From an uncultured bacterium (lineage in GTDB: Bacteria; CAYUVA01): a stretch of 64,000 nt of DNA. The notes beneath the pieces were generated by a model. The model searched no databases. It worked only from the letters and a program-made list of their open reading frames with translations, and was not told the DNA's origin. A program made the position numbers and the translations under genes. This document shows, piece after piece, positions 19,317 to 27,903 of this stretch. The number at the start of each line of letters is the position of its first letter. The first letter of the stretch is position 1. The stretch covers positions 14,689 through 78,688 of the forward strand of contig CAYUVA010000007.1 of NCBI GenBank assembly GCA_964448115.1. The letters run 5' to 3'.

Positions 19317-20617
19317 GAAAGATTTTTATAATAGTCGTATTACTTTTATTAGTTGTCCTAGCTAGGAGTCTGTCAGCTTTCATACCCACAACAGATGTAC
19401 ATGATACAACTTTCGCGCTCGGTTTTGTGCTTATTTCATCCTTGATCATAGGTCAATATTTTGCCCAACTCGGAACCCCGATGATAACCGGCTACCTGAT
19501 TGCGGGTATCATATTTGGTCCGTTCTTGTTCAATAAAGTACTACCATTCATCTCGGTTTTAAGCGTCGATACGGTTAAGAGCCTGCGTACCATAGATAAC
19601 ATCGCCCTGGGAATCATTGCCTTTACCGCAGGCGGTGAGCTTACGCTTTCAAAATTAAAACAAAGGCTAAAAGGGATCGTTTACATTGTGTTTGCTCAGA
19701 ACCTCGTGGTCATGCTTTTCGTAGCACTAGGCATCTACCTGGTGATGAGCTATTCGGGTATCATGTTTACCGATAATCCGAAGCTCTTGCTAGTGTCAGC
19801 AATACTACTAGGCGCAACCGCGGTGGCTACATCGCCATCGACGACCATTGCGGTTATCAACGAGACAAGAGCAAAAGGGGATATGACCGATACGCTTCTG
19901 GGAGTGGTTATCTTAAAGGATGTGATAGTTATCATGGTATTTGCCATAGCTATGGCTTTCTCCAAGGGGATCATATCATCGGGACCGATGCTTCAAGCCA
20001 ATGCTTTGTTACCGCTATTATGGGAGATATTCGGATCCTTGATTTTAGGGGTTATCCTGGGTATTGCCGGGATACTATATATAAAGTACTTAAATTACGA
20101 GCTTGGGGTTGTTGTAGTTGCCATGGCATATATCATCTTGAAGATCGCCGGAGAGATGCACCTTTCTGGATTGCTCGCTTGTGTTGTGGTCGGCTTCATG
20201 ATCCGCAATTTCTCCTCGCACGGCGATGAGCTTATCGAGGCTATCGAGGAGTACTCCTTACCGGTCTATGTCGTATTCTTCACCATAGCCGGTGCGGGGA
20301 TCGACCTGGGGATCTTTGCCGAGATCTGGAGCATCGCACTGTTTCTAGTGGTACTACGAATCGTGTTCACCTATCTCGGTTCTTACCTGGGCGCTTGGCT
20401 AGCAAAGGAAAAAAGGGAGATCATCCGCTACAACGGCTTGGGCTTCATTGGACAGGCTGGCGTTGCATTAGGATTTGCTATTCTCATTGGCAAAGGATTC
20501 GGTGAGGTGGGGATGCCATTGCAAACACTAATAATTGCGACTATTGCGATAAATCAGATCATCGGTCCCATTGCTCTTAAATTTGTGCTTCAAGAAGTTG
20601 GAGAGATTGGGCTGTAG
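19313..20617 (+). CDS. Second CPA2-family cation:proton antiporter paralog.
   Basis: Motifs LIAGIIFGP and ATSPSTTIAVINE are present. The start overlaps the upstream stop (ATGA). Confidence 0.65.
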   Translation: MRKIFIIVVLLLLVVLARSLSAFIPTTDVHDTTFALGFVLISSLIIGQYFAQLGTPMITGYLIAGIIFGPFLFNKVLPFISVLSVDTVKSLRTIDNIALGIIAFTAGGELTLSKLKQRLKGIVYIVFAQNLVVMLFVALGIYLVMSYSGIMFTDNPKLLLVSAILLGATAVATSPSTTIAVINETRAKGDMTDTLLGVVILKDVIVIMVFAIAMAFSKGIISSGPMLQANALLPLLWEIFGSLILGVILGIAGILYIKYLNYELGVVVVAMAYIILKIAGEMHLSGLLACVVVGFMIRNFSSHGDELIEAIEEYSLPVYVVFFTIAGAGIDLGIFAEIWSIALFLVVLRIVFTYLGSYLGAWLAKEKREIIRYNGLGFIGQAGVALGFAILIGKGFGEVGMPLQTLIIATIAINQIIGPIALKFVLQEVGEIGL

Positions 20618-20780
20618 GAATGATCCTTTTTAGGGTTTACATGGAATTCATGGTCGTGCTATTCAAGATCGCAGAAAATGTTGAGAGAATGTCATCTCAA
20701 CAGGAGGAATATCTTGGCCGAATTTATAGTCATGCCAAGGATTCTGCTAACGAGTAGTTTTTGTTGTTAATTTTGTTCTT

Positions 20781-23270
20781 CTATGCTCTCCCCTCTTTTA
20801 ACCTAAGGTCATATTGCTTGCGGCTTTGCGGGTTGGAGAGCACCTCGTAGGCGCGGTTGAGGTAGCTGAGGATCTCTGTCGCCTGATCAGCGAGGTCCTC
20901 CAAGCCTCGTGCATGAAGCGTATCGGGGTGATACAGGAAAGCTAATTTGCGATATGAATTGCGTATGGAGTTTACATCCGCATCCCTTGATACGCCAAGA
21001 AGCTCGTAGTAGTTGTGTAACCTCAACTTCTTATGGAATTGCTGGATATCTGATACAAGTTTTTCCTTAGTAAGCCATGGTGTTGATTCATCATCGAAGA
21101 AAATGCCGGAGCTTTCGGTCGATTGGCGCACCTTTTGTGGCTCCTTGACAACCGCCTTTTCCTCCAGCTTTACCAGACCAAAGACCTTGAACATATAGAT
21201 AGTTTTAAGAACTACTTCTTCGGGTAATCCACTGATGACATGAATATCCTCTATGGTGTTCATGTTATTGATGAAGCTATATAGCTGTCTTTCGCGCATT
21301 GATAAGGATAGGCTGATAAACTTCTGTTTGCTTTTATCGGTGAGGGTTACCAGAAGGTTCCTTGATGGAAGTGCTTTCTTTATATACGAAAGATCCTTTA
21401 GATTTCTAATCCCCTCCAGTATTATGTCCTCGCCTTCAATCTGGTGAAGTCCGATTGGCTCTGATTCCTTGAGCGTGTAGAAGTAATACTTGCCCTCGGC
21501 AATCTCGAATAATTTAAGTAACAATCCCTTTAAATATAGGCTTCTGAACATCATAAGTTCATCTTTGGAGATGAGTCCGAATTCAAGCACGGCAGATTCC
21601 TCGGAGCGATTCGGTTTTCTTCGCTGGAACTCCTTCACCTGCTTGTAGTCAGCCTTGGAGATCTTATTTGCCTGGAGAAGTACAAAACTAAGTCCCTGTT
21701 GTTCTTGGGTTGTCTTTATATCTACAAAGTTACCTTTGGAAAGCTCGATAATGGTCTTATCCATTCCGTGATCAATTGCCAGGATTCCATCCATTTTTTT
21801 TACAATCAACATAGCCATTAACTCTGCGATCGGTTTATCGATAAGATTGCCGCCGAACTTGGGTGTCAAGGTAGCAATGCGGTCTGCAAGGTCTGGCCTT
21901 TCGGATATGATCTCAGCAGAATCTTCTTCAGAGATGTATTCATCAAGAAAAGCTGGTTTTGCATCATCTTTATCATCCTGGACTTGGCTGACCTGTGCGC
22001 CCTCGATCTCCTTTAATGATTTAACATAAATTATCGAAGTACAATATAATCCGAAGAGAAGTATTTCGACTCTTGGGATGGAGAGTTTTCCCATTTTGAT
22101 AACTTCCTCTTGAGTTCGAACTGAATTGATAAGGCTTAGGATCTTTTGCTCATTATTTGAGAGGTTAACCCTTTGGAATGCGATAATAGGATCCGGATTC
22201 AAAGCTGGAACTGAACTTGCTGGGGGCATAAAATGAGATATATAGTCATAGCTCTCAACTGTTCTTATGTAGCTCATTATAAGGTTAGCAGTACTAATAT
22301 TCAGTTTTATCTTCTCTTCAAGCGGTATGGTTGAGAATTTGAAGCTGTAGCTGCCGTCCATGAAGTGCAATGTATCCAGGATTATCTTTTGTACTTGTAG
22401 CTTTATAATGATCTCAAGTTCGTTTTCGGTCAGCAAGCCTAGTTCTACCAATATCTGCCCGAAACGCTTGTTCGGCTTCTCCTTCTGGATTTTCTCAGCA
22501 GCCTGTAGATCCTTTTGGGTGAGTCTTCCCGAGCGAAGAAGTATAGTATCTAATCTTTGCAGCAGCCTGTTTGACCTGGCGAAGACTATATTGCCATTTA
22601 AAAAATAAAGCTGCCGAACATTATCATCATTCTTGATGGTTAAGATTCCTGTTTTTCTCTGCATGTAAAGGCGGTTGACCAGAAGACAGATATTAGTCTT
22701 GTGAAAAGATCCTTTCTTAATATCTATTTTCCAATCAAAAGCTGGTTCAATCTTCTTTGTTATACTACTATACTCAGAGCTGATCTTTTTTACTGGTTTT
22801 TTCCCGTTTTCGAGTGTTTTTATCCTTTTTACAAGATTTTCATCCGCATTTGGGTTCTCAACATGGTTCTCATCTGCTTGATGATTGGACTCAGATAAGC
22901 GCAGGAGATCGTTGATAATGCTCTTTATCTGCTCAAAGTCAGAAGGCTTCTCCAGGGTTTTTATCTTGACAGAGTCTGTCTTTGCTAGCTTTTTTACTTG
23001 GGTAACAATTTTTGTATCCGAGATTACAAGGATCGGAAAACTGTTATCTTTTGCGGTCTTGAGTAGTTGGGTGAAAAGAAGCTTGAAATCGCTTTTTTCA
23101 AACGCTGGATCGATAATAAGAAGCTTGGGTGTCTCAGCCCAAAGCAGGTTATAGCCGGACACAGGGTCATTTGCCAGTACTGCTCGATATCCCAGGTTAT
23201 TGAGGGAATTTTTTAAGTAAAGCCCGAATCGCTTATCTTTGTCCAGTATTGCTATCTTTTCCTTTGCCAT
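20781..23270 (-). CDS. Response-regulator receiver fused to a duplicated DUF4388-like module and a C-terminal DnaJ (J) domain.
   Basis: The N-terminus IAILDKDKR...LLIIDPAF...ILVISD...KP is receiver-like. Two DUF4388-like modules (KTGILTIKNDDNVRQLYFLNGNIVFA...RFGQILVELGLLTENEL and MDGILAIDHG...LEFGLISKDEL) are each followed by a related helical module of about 90 aa. The C-terminal J domain is NYYELLGVSRDADVNSIRNSYRKLAFLYHPD..., with an HPD motif. Confidence 0.7.
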   Translation of the reverse strand: MAKEKIAILDKDKRFGLYLKNSLNNLGYRAVLANDPVSGYNLLWAETPKLLIIDPAFEKSDFKLLFTQLLKTAKDNSFPILVISDTKIVTQVKKLAKTDSVKIKTLEKPSDFEQIKSIINDLLRLSESNHQADENHVENPNADENLVKRIKTLENGKKPVKKISSEYSSITKKIEPAFDWKIDIKKGSFHKTNICLLVNRLYMQRKTGILTIKNDDNVRQLYFLNGNIVFARSNRLLQRLDTILLRSGRLTQKDLQAAEKIQKEKPNKRFGQILVELGLLTENELEIIIKLQVQKIILDTLHFMDGSYSFKFSTIPLEEKIKLNISTANLIMSYIRTVESYDYISHFMPPASSVPALNPDPIIAFQRVNLSNNEQKILSLINSVRTQEEVIKMGKLSIPRVEILLFGLYCTSIIYVKSLKEIEGAQVSQVQDDKDDAKPAFLDEYISEEDSAEIISERPDLADRIATLTPKFGGNLIDKPIAELMAMLIVKKMDGILAIDHGMDKTIIELSKGNFVDIKTTQEQQGLSFVLLQANKISKADYKQVKEFQRRKPNRSEESAVLEFGLISKDELMMFRSLYLKGLLLKLFEIAEGKYYFYTLKESEPIGLHQIEGEDIILEGIRNLKDLSYIKKALPSRNLLVTLTDKSKQKFISLSLSMRERQLYSFINNMNTIEDIHVISGLPEEVVLKTIYMFKVFGLVKLEEKAVVKEPQKVRQSTESSGIFFDDESTPWLTKEKLVSDIQQFHKKLRLHNYYELLGVSRDADVNSIRNSYRKLAFLYHPDTLHARGLEDLADQATEILSYLNRAYEVLSNPQSRKQYDLRLKEGRA

Positions 23271-23436
23271 AGAGCTTATTTATTAACCTTTTCCCACCTT
23301 CTTTCACACTTTTCCATTTTGACACTACCCATCATCTTAGAAGCATTGCAAGATCCATGCAAATCTTGAACCTTCCAATCCTTTCGGGTCTATAGTATAT
23401 ACTAGAGTCTGTTGACTTGACAAGGAGTTAAATACC

Positions 23437-24447
23437 ATGCCTTTCATTACTCGATTTAAGGTTTTCATGATTGCCTTTGCGCCTTTTTTGCTGGCAACAG
23501 TGGTTTTGTTCGCGCTGTCGCAGGTTAATATCATACCCAGGAATCCGGTTCCATTCGACGGCGGTAAGTTTATGGCTTTATACGATACCAGTCATCAGGA
23601 CAATCAACTTGAGATCAGTTGGATGAAAGATGAAAAACACTATCGATTCCACGGTGCAATCCAGGGGGATCTCAAAGCCAGCGAGCATGGAGAAGCCCTG
23701 AGTGAAAAGGATTGGACCTATTACCATCCCTTATGGCTTCCCTTCGCCAACCCCGTAACCACCCTTAAGACTGAAAATCCTAGGTTCGACATATACGATG
23801 CACTGGGCATTCTGGGGGATGCGGGGGAAAAATACACTGCCATACAGGAGGGAAGTTTTATCCTGTGGGATGAGATCCTGCAAAGCCAGGCGTCTTACAG
23901 TTATGGAATCTTCGACCTGAACAACAGCCGGGTCGCCTCAGCAGTTTACGACGCCACTTCAGGCTTGCTTTTCAGGCTCCAGGTCAAGAAATCGGACAAG
24001 CCTGATTTAAGGTTAATAAAAACGAGCTTTCCCATAAGCCGCAACCGGGTCGCCCTCTTGATCATAACTCCCCTGGCATCGCTGGCATTGCTCATACTTC
24101 TATTTCGGCGAGCTGGGAGATTTGAGGGAGCCAGGAGAGCCTATTTGAAAAAGCAAGCATGGTTCGTGATGCTAGGCATGATATGCGTCATGACCGATAC
24201 GCTGATGGACCTATGGTATCCGTTTGCGCTGGGGAACCTTGTTCCTATTGCATGGCATCTTGGGCTGGTGGTCGTATTTATGATATTGGGTGGCAGGGCT
24301 GCCTATCCTGTGTTTATCGAGCTGGCAATGGTGTTTTTCTTCTGGATATACCATCATGGAACTGCGCCGACAATGGCTTATATTCCCGGAGCCATAATCT
24401 CTTTTGTAATCCTGCTCGATATGCAGGGTAGGGGAGATGGAGAATAG
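23437..24447 (+). CDS. Hypothetical membrane protein: an N-terminal TM anchor, a periplasmic domain of about 190 aa, and a C-terminal bundle of four TM helices.
   Basis: AAGGAG Shine-Dalgarno 8 nt upstream. Hydrophobic segments are present at both ends. The stop overlaps the downstream CPBP gene. Confidence 0.5.
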   Translation: MPFITRFKVFMIAFAPFLLATVVLFALSQVNIIPRNPVPFDGGKFMALYDTSHQDNQLEISWMKDEKHYRFHGAIQGDLKASEHGEALSEKDWTYYHPLWLPFANPVTTLKTENPRFDIYDALGILGDAGEKYTAIQEGSFILWDEILQSQASYSYGIFDLNNSRVASAVYDATSGLLFRLQVKKSDKPDLRLIKTSFPISRNRVALLIITPLASLALLILLFRRAGRFEGARRAYLKKQAWFVMLGMICVMTDTLMDLWYPFALGNLVPIAWHLGLVVVFMILGGRAAYPVFIELAMVFFFWIYHHGTAPTMAYIPGAIISFVILLDMQGRGDGE

Positions 24448-25225
24448 TGATTCCCAAGATATGAATGACGATGCGGTAGAAAATCCGAGCTGGGGAATAA
24501 TATCGCCTATAGGTATTATCTTTTTTACATTTATATTTGTCTATTATATTTTTGGTTTTCAGTTATCAATTTATGTAAAACATATTGATAAATCAAACAG
24601 TTATAACTATTTATTATTTTCCAGCATGTTGATTCAAGATTTTATTACCATCGCTTTAGTATATTTAATAATAATTAAATTTCAGAGGGTAGCCTGGAAG
24701 GAAATCGGGTTAAAGGATTTAAAAAATATTAAAAATATCAAGTATGGTATCAAGGGGTATCTTTTAATAATTATTTCACTTATCTGTATTGGCATATTTT
24801 TTACTGGGATCGCATTTTTAATGGATAATCTCGGTTACCAGGAACTTGCCGAGGCGATAAGAAAGGAACTTGAGTTTGCTGACAAGTACTCCAAGGAGAT
24901 CCTCAAGTTATCTCTCTGGCAGATGTTGATAGCTATCTGTTTATTAGCACCCATTATTGAGGAGATTCTGAACCGGGGCATTTTATATCCACCCTTGAGG
25001 AGGCTGCTGGGAGTAAGAGCAGGTATGATAGCTACGGCACTGTTTTTTTCATTCTTTCACCTCGGGCAGGGGATTGTCGGGTTTGTTATGCGCTTTGTCA
25101 TTGGTTATATTTTAACCTGGCTCTATGAGAGAAGAAGAAATTTAGCAGCCCCGATAACCGCGCACATCATGCAGAATACGGTAACAACTTTGTTGGCAAA
25201 GTTTGTAGTTGATGTGCCTACATAG
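24437..25225 (+). CDS. CPBP-family intramembrane metalloprotease (CAAX-protease / Abi-like).
   Basis: Motifs EEILNRG (EExxxR), FFSFFH (FxxxH) and a distal HIMQN are embedded in TM helices. Confidence 0.7.
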   Translation: MENSDSQDMNDDAVENPSWGIISPIGIIFFTFIFVYYIFGFQLSIYVKHIDKSNSYNYLLFSSMLIQDFITIALVYLIIIKFQRVAWKEIGLKDLKNIKNIKYGIKGYLLIIISLICIGIFFTGIAFLMDNLGYQELAEAIRKELEFADKYSKEILKLSLWQMLIAICLLAPIIEEILNRGILYPPLRRLLGVRAGMIATALFFSFFHLGQGIVGFVMRFVIGYILTWLYERRRNLAAPITAHIMQNTVTTLLAKFVVDVPT

Positions 25226-25246
25226 CTTAAACAAAGGGAGGAGATT

Positions 25247-25594
25247 ATGGCTACAGATTGCATCTTTTGCAAGATCGCTGCTGGCGAGATGAAGGCGGAT
25301 ATAATCTATGATGATGATAAGGTGGTTGCCTTCAGGGATATAAATCCACAGGCGCCGATCCACATCCTTATCATCCCTAGAAAGCATATTCCAACCCTCA
25401 ACGATATTGCCGATGAGGATAAAGAACTTATGGGGCATATCGTCTCGATTATTAAAGTTCTGGCTGATCGAGAAGGCATCGCAGATAAGGGCTATCGCAT
25501 GGTGGCTAACTGCAATCACCAGGGGGGACAGGCTGTTTATCATATCCACTTTCACCTGCTTGGTGGCAGGAACATGCAGTGGCCGCCGGGATGA
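25247..25594 (+). CDS. Histidine triad (HIT) family nucleotide hydrolase (HinT-like).
   Basis: HIHFHLLGG is the HIT motif. The protein is 115 aa. Confidence 0.8.
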   Translation: MATDCIFCKIAAGEMKADIIYDDDKVVAFRDINPQAPIHILIIPRKHIPTLNDIADEDKELMGHIVSIIKVLADREGIADKGYRMVANCNHQGGQAVYHIHFHLLGGRNMQWPPG

Positions 25595-25621
25595 TAATAT
25601 GTCCATAAAGGATGTTATCCA

Positions 25622-27145
25622 TTGCATCTTAAGATAATTGCCTTTATCAGCGGTGCGGTGCTGATGGCGCTTGAGATCGTCGGCAGCCGCGTATTGGCGC
25701 CTTTTTTTGGATCATCGATCTTCGTTTGGGGGAGCCTGATCGGAGTATTCCTCGGCGCGCTAAGCATCGGGTACTTCGTGGGGGGAATGATTGTGGACAG
25801 GCATCCGACAAGAAGATTGCTTGCCGGCGTTCTGACTATTGCCGGTTTATTCACCATCCTTATCCCCACATATTCAAGCTCGCTTTGCCATGCGTTGAGT
25901 ATGAATATATGGCTGGGGACACGATTGCCTCCGCTGGTTGCCAGTATCGTAATATTCCTGCCTCCGAGTCTATTTATGGGCATGGTCTCGCCAATAATCG
26001 TCCGCCTGGCAACCAATGATATCAGAAAGACAGGTACAACAGCAGGAACCGTGTTTGCCTTGGGATCGCTAGGCAGTATTGCAGGCACTTTTACAGCCGC
26101 ATTTTTTCTAATACCGGCTCTAGGAACCAGAAACATAGTTTTTTCACTCGGCATAATCCTTATTGTTACATCAATAACACTGGTCAGAAAAACCCATCGG
26201 GTACTGCTTATCCTGACTCTACTTATTGGGGGCGGGATTGCCTTAGCTCATCATGAAGATCCCACTAGGTACATTCCTTTGGCTGGCAAAAAAGAGATAT
26301 TATTTGAGGCTGACACCGACTATCACCATATCATCGTTTTTCAGGCAACCTATAAGGGAAAAAATATTCGATTCATGCTGTTCGACAACCTGAACCAGGG
26401 TCGCGGCTGCACTGATGGGGATGTGCTTTGTGATGCTGAGTATGTCAATTACTTTCACCTGGCGCTAATATTCAAACCTGATATAAAAGATGTCCTATTC
26501 ATCGGCTGTGGCGCTGGAAGTGGTCCACTTCGCTTCCATCAAGATTATCCTAGTATGGAGATCGATGTGGTCGATATCGATCCCGTGGTCTTTGAGGTGG
26601 TGGAGCGATTCTTTATAATGAAACCATCCCAAAGGCTGAAGACATACACCTCTGACGGGAGAATTTTCCTGGAGAATTGCAATAAAAACTATGATTTCAT
26701 TTCCATTGATGCATACAACGGTTCCAGTATCCCATTCCATTTGACCACCCTGGAGTTCGTTCGCCTTGTAAAAAGAAACCTGACAGAAGATGGGGTGGCT
26801 GTGGCAAACCTGGTTGGCTCGCTGGAAGGCGAAAAAAGCCGCTTGTTCAGGGCGATATACAAAACCTACCAGGCTGTCTTCAAGCATTTATATCTTTTCG
26901 TGGTTACCAAGGGTTCCCTTAACGGTTATAAGCCCACAGAAAAAACCAACCTCATATTGATCGCAACCGATAGATACCTTGATGAGACACAGATTAACCA
27001 GATCGCCTATGAGCTAGGTAAAGGCAAGGTAAGCAATCCGCTTTTCTATCATGCGCTGAGTCGCTTTTATGCCAATCCTATTTGGGTTGATGATGTCCCT
27101 CTTTTAACTGATGATCACGCTCCAGTGGAGATATTGCTGCGATGA
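25622..27145 (+). CDS. Membrane-anchored spermidine-synthase-like (polyamine aminopropyltransferase-family) protein.
   Basis: An N-terminal polytopic TM domain of about 200 aa is followed by a PABS-like Rossmann domain (FIGCGAGSG, DVVDIDPVVFEV, ISIDAYNG). Confidence 0.6.
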   Translation: MHLKIIAFISGAVLMALEIVGSRVLAPFFGSSIFVWGSLIGVFLGALSIGYFVGGMIVDRHPTRRLLAGVLTIAGLFTILIPTYSSSLCHALSMNIWLGTRLPPLVASIVIFLPPSLFMGMVSPIIVRLATNDIRKTGTTAGTVFALGSLGSIAGTFTAAFFLIPALGTRNIVFSLGIILIVTSITLVRKTHRVLLILTLLIGGGIALAHHEDPTRYIPLAGKKEILFEADTDYHHIIVFQATYKGKNIRFMLFDNLNQGRGCTDGDVLCDAEYVNYFHLALIFKPDIKDVLFIGCGAGSGPLRFHQDYPSMEIDVVDIDPVVFEVVERFFIMKPSQRLKTYTSDGRIFLENCNKNYDFISIDAYNGSSIPFHLTTLEFVRLVKRNLTEDGVAVANLVGSLEGEKSRLFRAIYKTYQAVFKHLYLFVVTKGSLNGYKPTEKTNLILIATDRYLDETQINQIAYELGKGKVSNPLFYHALSRFYANPIWVDDVPLLTDDHAPVEILLR

Positions 27146-27903
27146 GTGAAGGTGCAAGGGAGCTGTCGGTGATAATCTTGGCTGCCGGCAAAGGAAAGCG
27201 TCTGGCAAAGCATTTTCCACACACTCCAAAGGTGCTTCTGCCACTTAAAGGAAAAAGGATCATCGATTACACGCTGGATAATGTATATGCCCTCAAACCC
27301 AAGAATATATTTCTCGTTGTCGGATACAAGGCAGAGCAAGTGATCGAGGCGGTCGCTCGCCCCCAAATTACATTTGTGCGTCAAGATATGCAGCTTGGCA
27401 CCGGACATGCTGTGGAGATGGTCAGGGAGCACCTTGATGAAACCAGCGGCGATTTCCTCGTCCTCTATGGTGATATGCCGCTAGTAAGATTGGAAACCCT
27501 GATCCATTTAATCGACCTTCATCTTAGCCAACCAGTAGTTGCTTCAATGCTGGTGGCTGAAAGAAGCGAAGAGACCGAGAGCTTCGGGAGGGTGATCCTA
27601 GATGATAAGGGTAATGTCAGTCAGATTGTCGAGGTTAAGGATTGCGACAAGGGTCAGTTCAGTTCGCCTTATGTCAATCCCGGTATATACATCTTCGAGG
27701 GGAAGTTCCTCTTTGAGGCTCTTGCACAGGTCGGCTTCGACAATGCCCAGGGAGAGAAGTATCTTACTGATGTTATAGGGATTGCCATTAGGCAGGGGCA
27801 TAGGGTCAGTATCAGCTTTGATATAGAACCAGCAGAGACACTGGGGCTAAATACGCTGAGGGATTACTTGAGACTCAAGAGCTTATTTGGCGATAAAAGC
27901 TAG
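27142..27903 (+). CDS. Sugar-phosphate nucleotidyltransferase resembling the GlmU N-terminal domain, with no acetyltransferase domain.
   Basis: ILAAGKGKRL, QDMQLGTGHAV and VLYGDMPLV are NTP-transferase motifs. The start overlaps the upstream stop (ATGA). Confidence 0.6.
   Translation: MSEGARELSVIILAAGKGKRLAKHFPHTPKVLLPLKGKRIIDYTLDNVYALKPKNIFLVVGYKAEQVIEAVARPQITFVRQDMQLGTGHAVEMVREHLDETSGDFLVLYGDMPLVRLETLIHLIDLHLSQPVVASMLVAERSEETESFGRVILDDKGNVSQIVEVKDCDKGQFSSPYVNPGIYIFEGKFLFEALAQVGFDNAQGEKYLTDVIGIAIRQGHRVSISFDIEPAETLGLNTLRDYLRLKSLFGDKS

Noticed and set aside
20618-20780. An inverted repeat CCTTGGC-N15-GCCAAGG between convergent genes, considered as a bidirectional terminator.
   Set aside because: The stem is short, the loop is long, and there is no flanking U-run on either strand, so support is weak.
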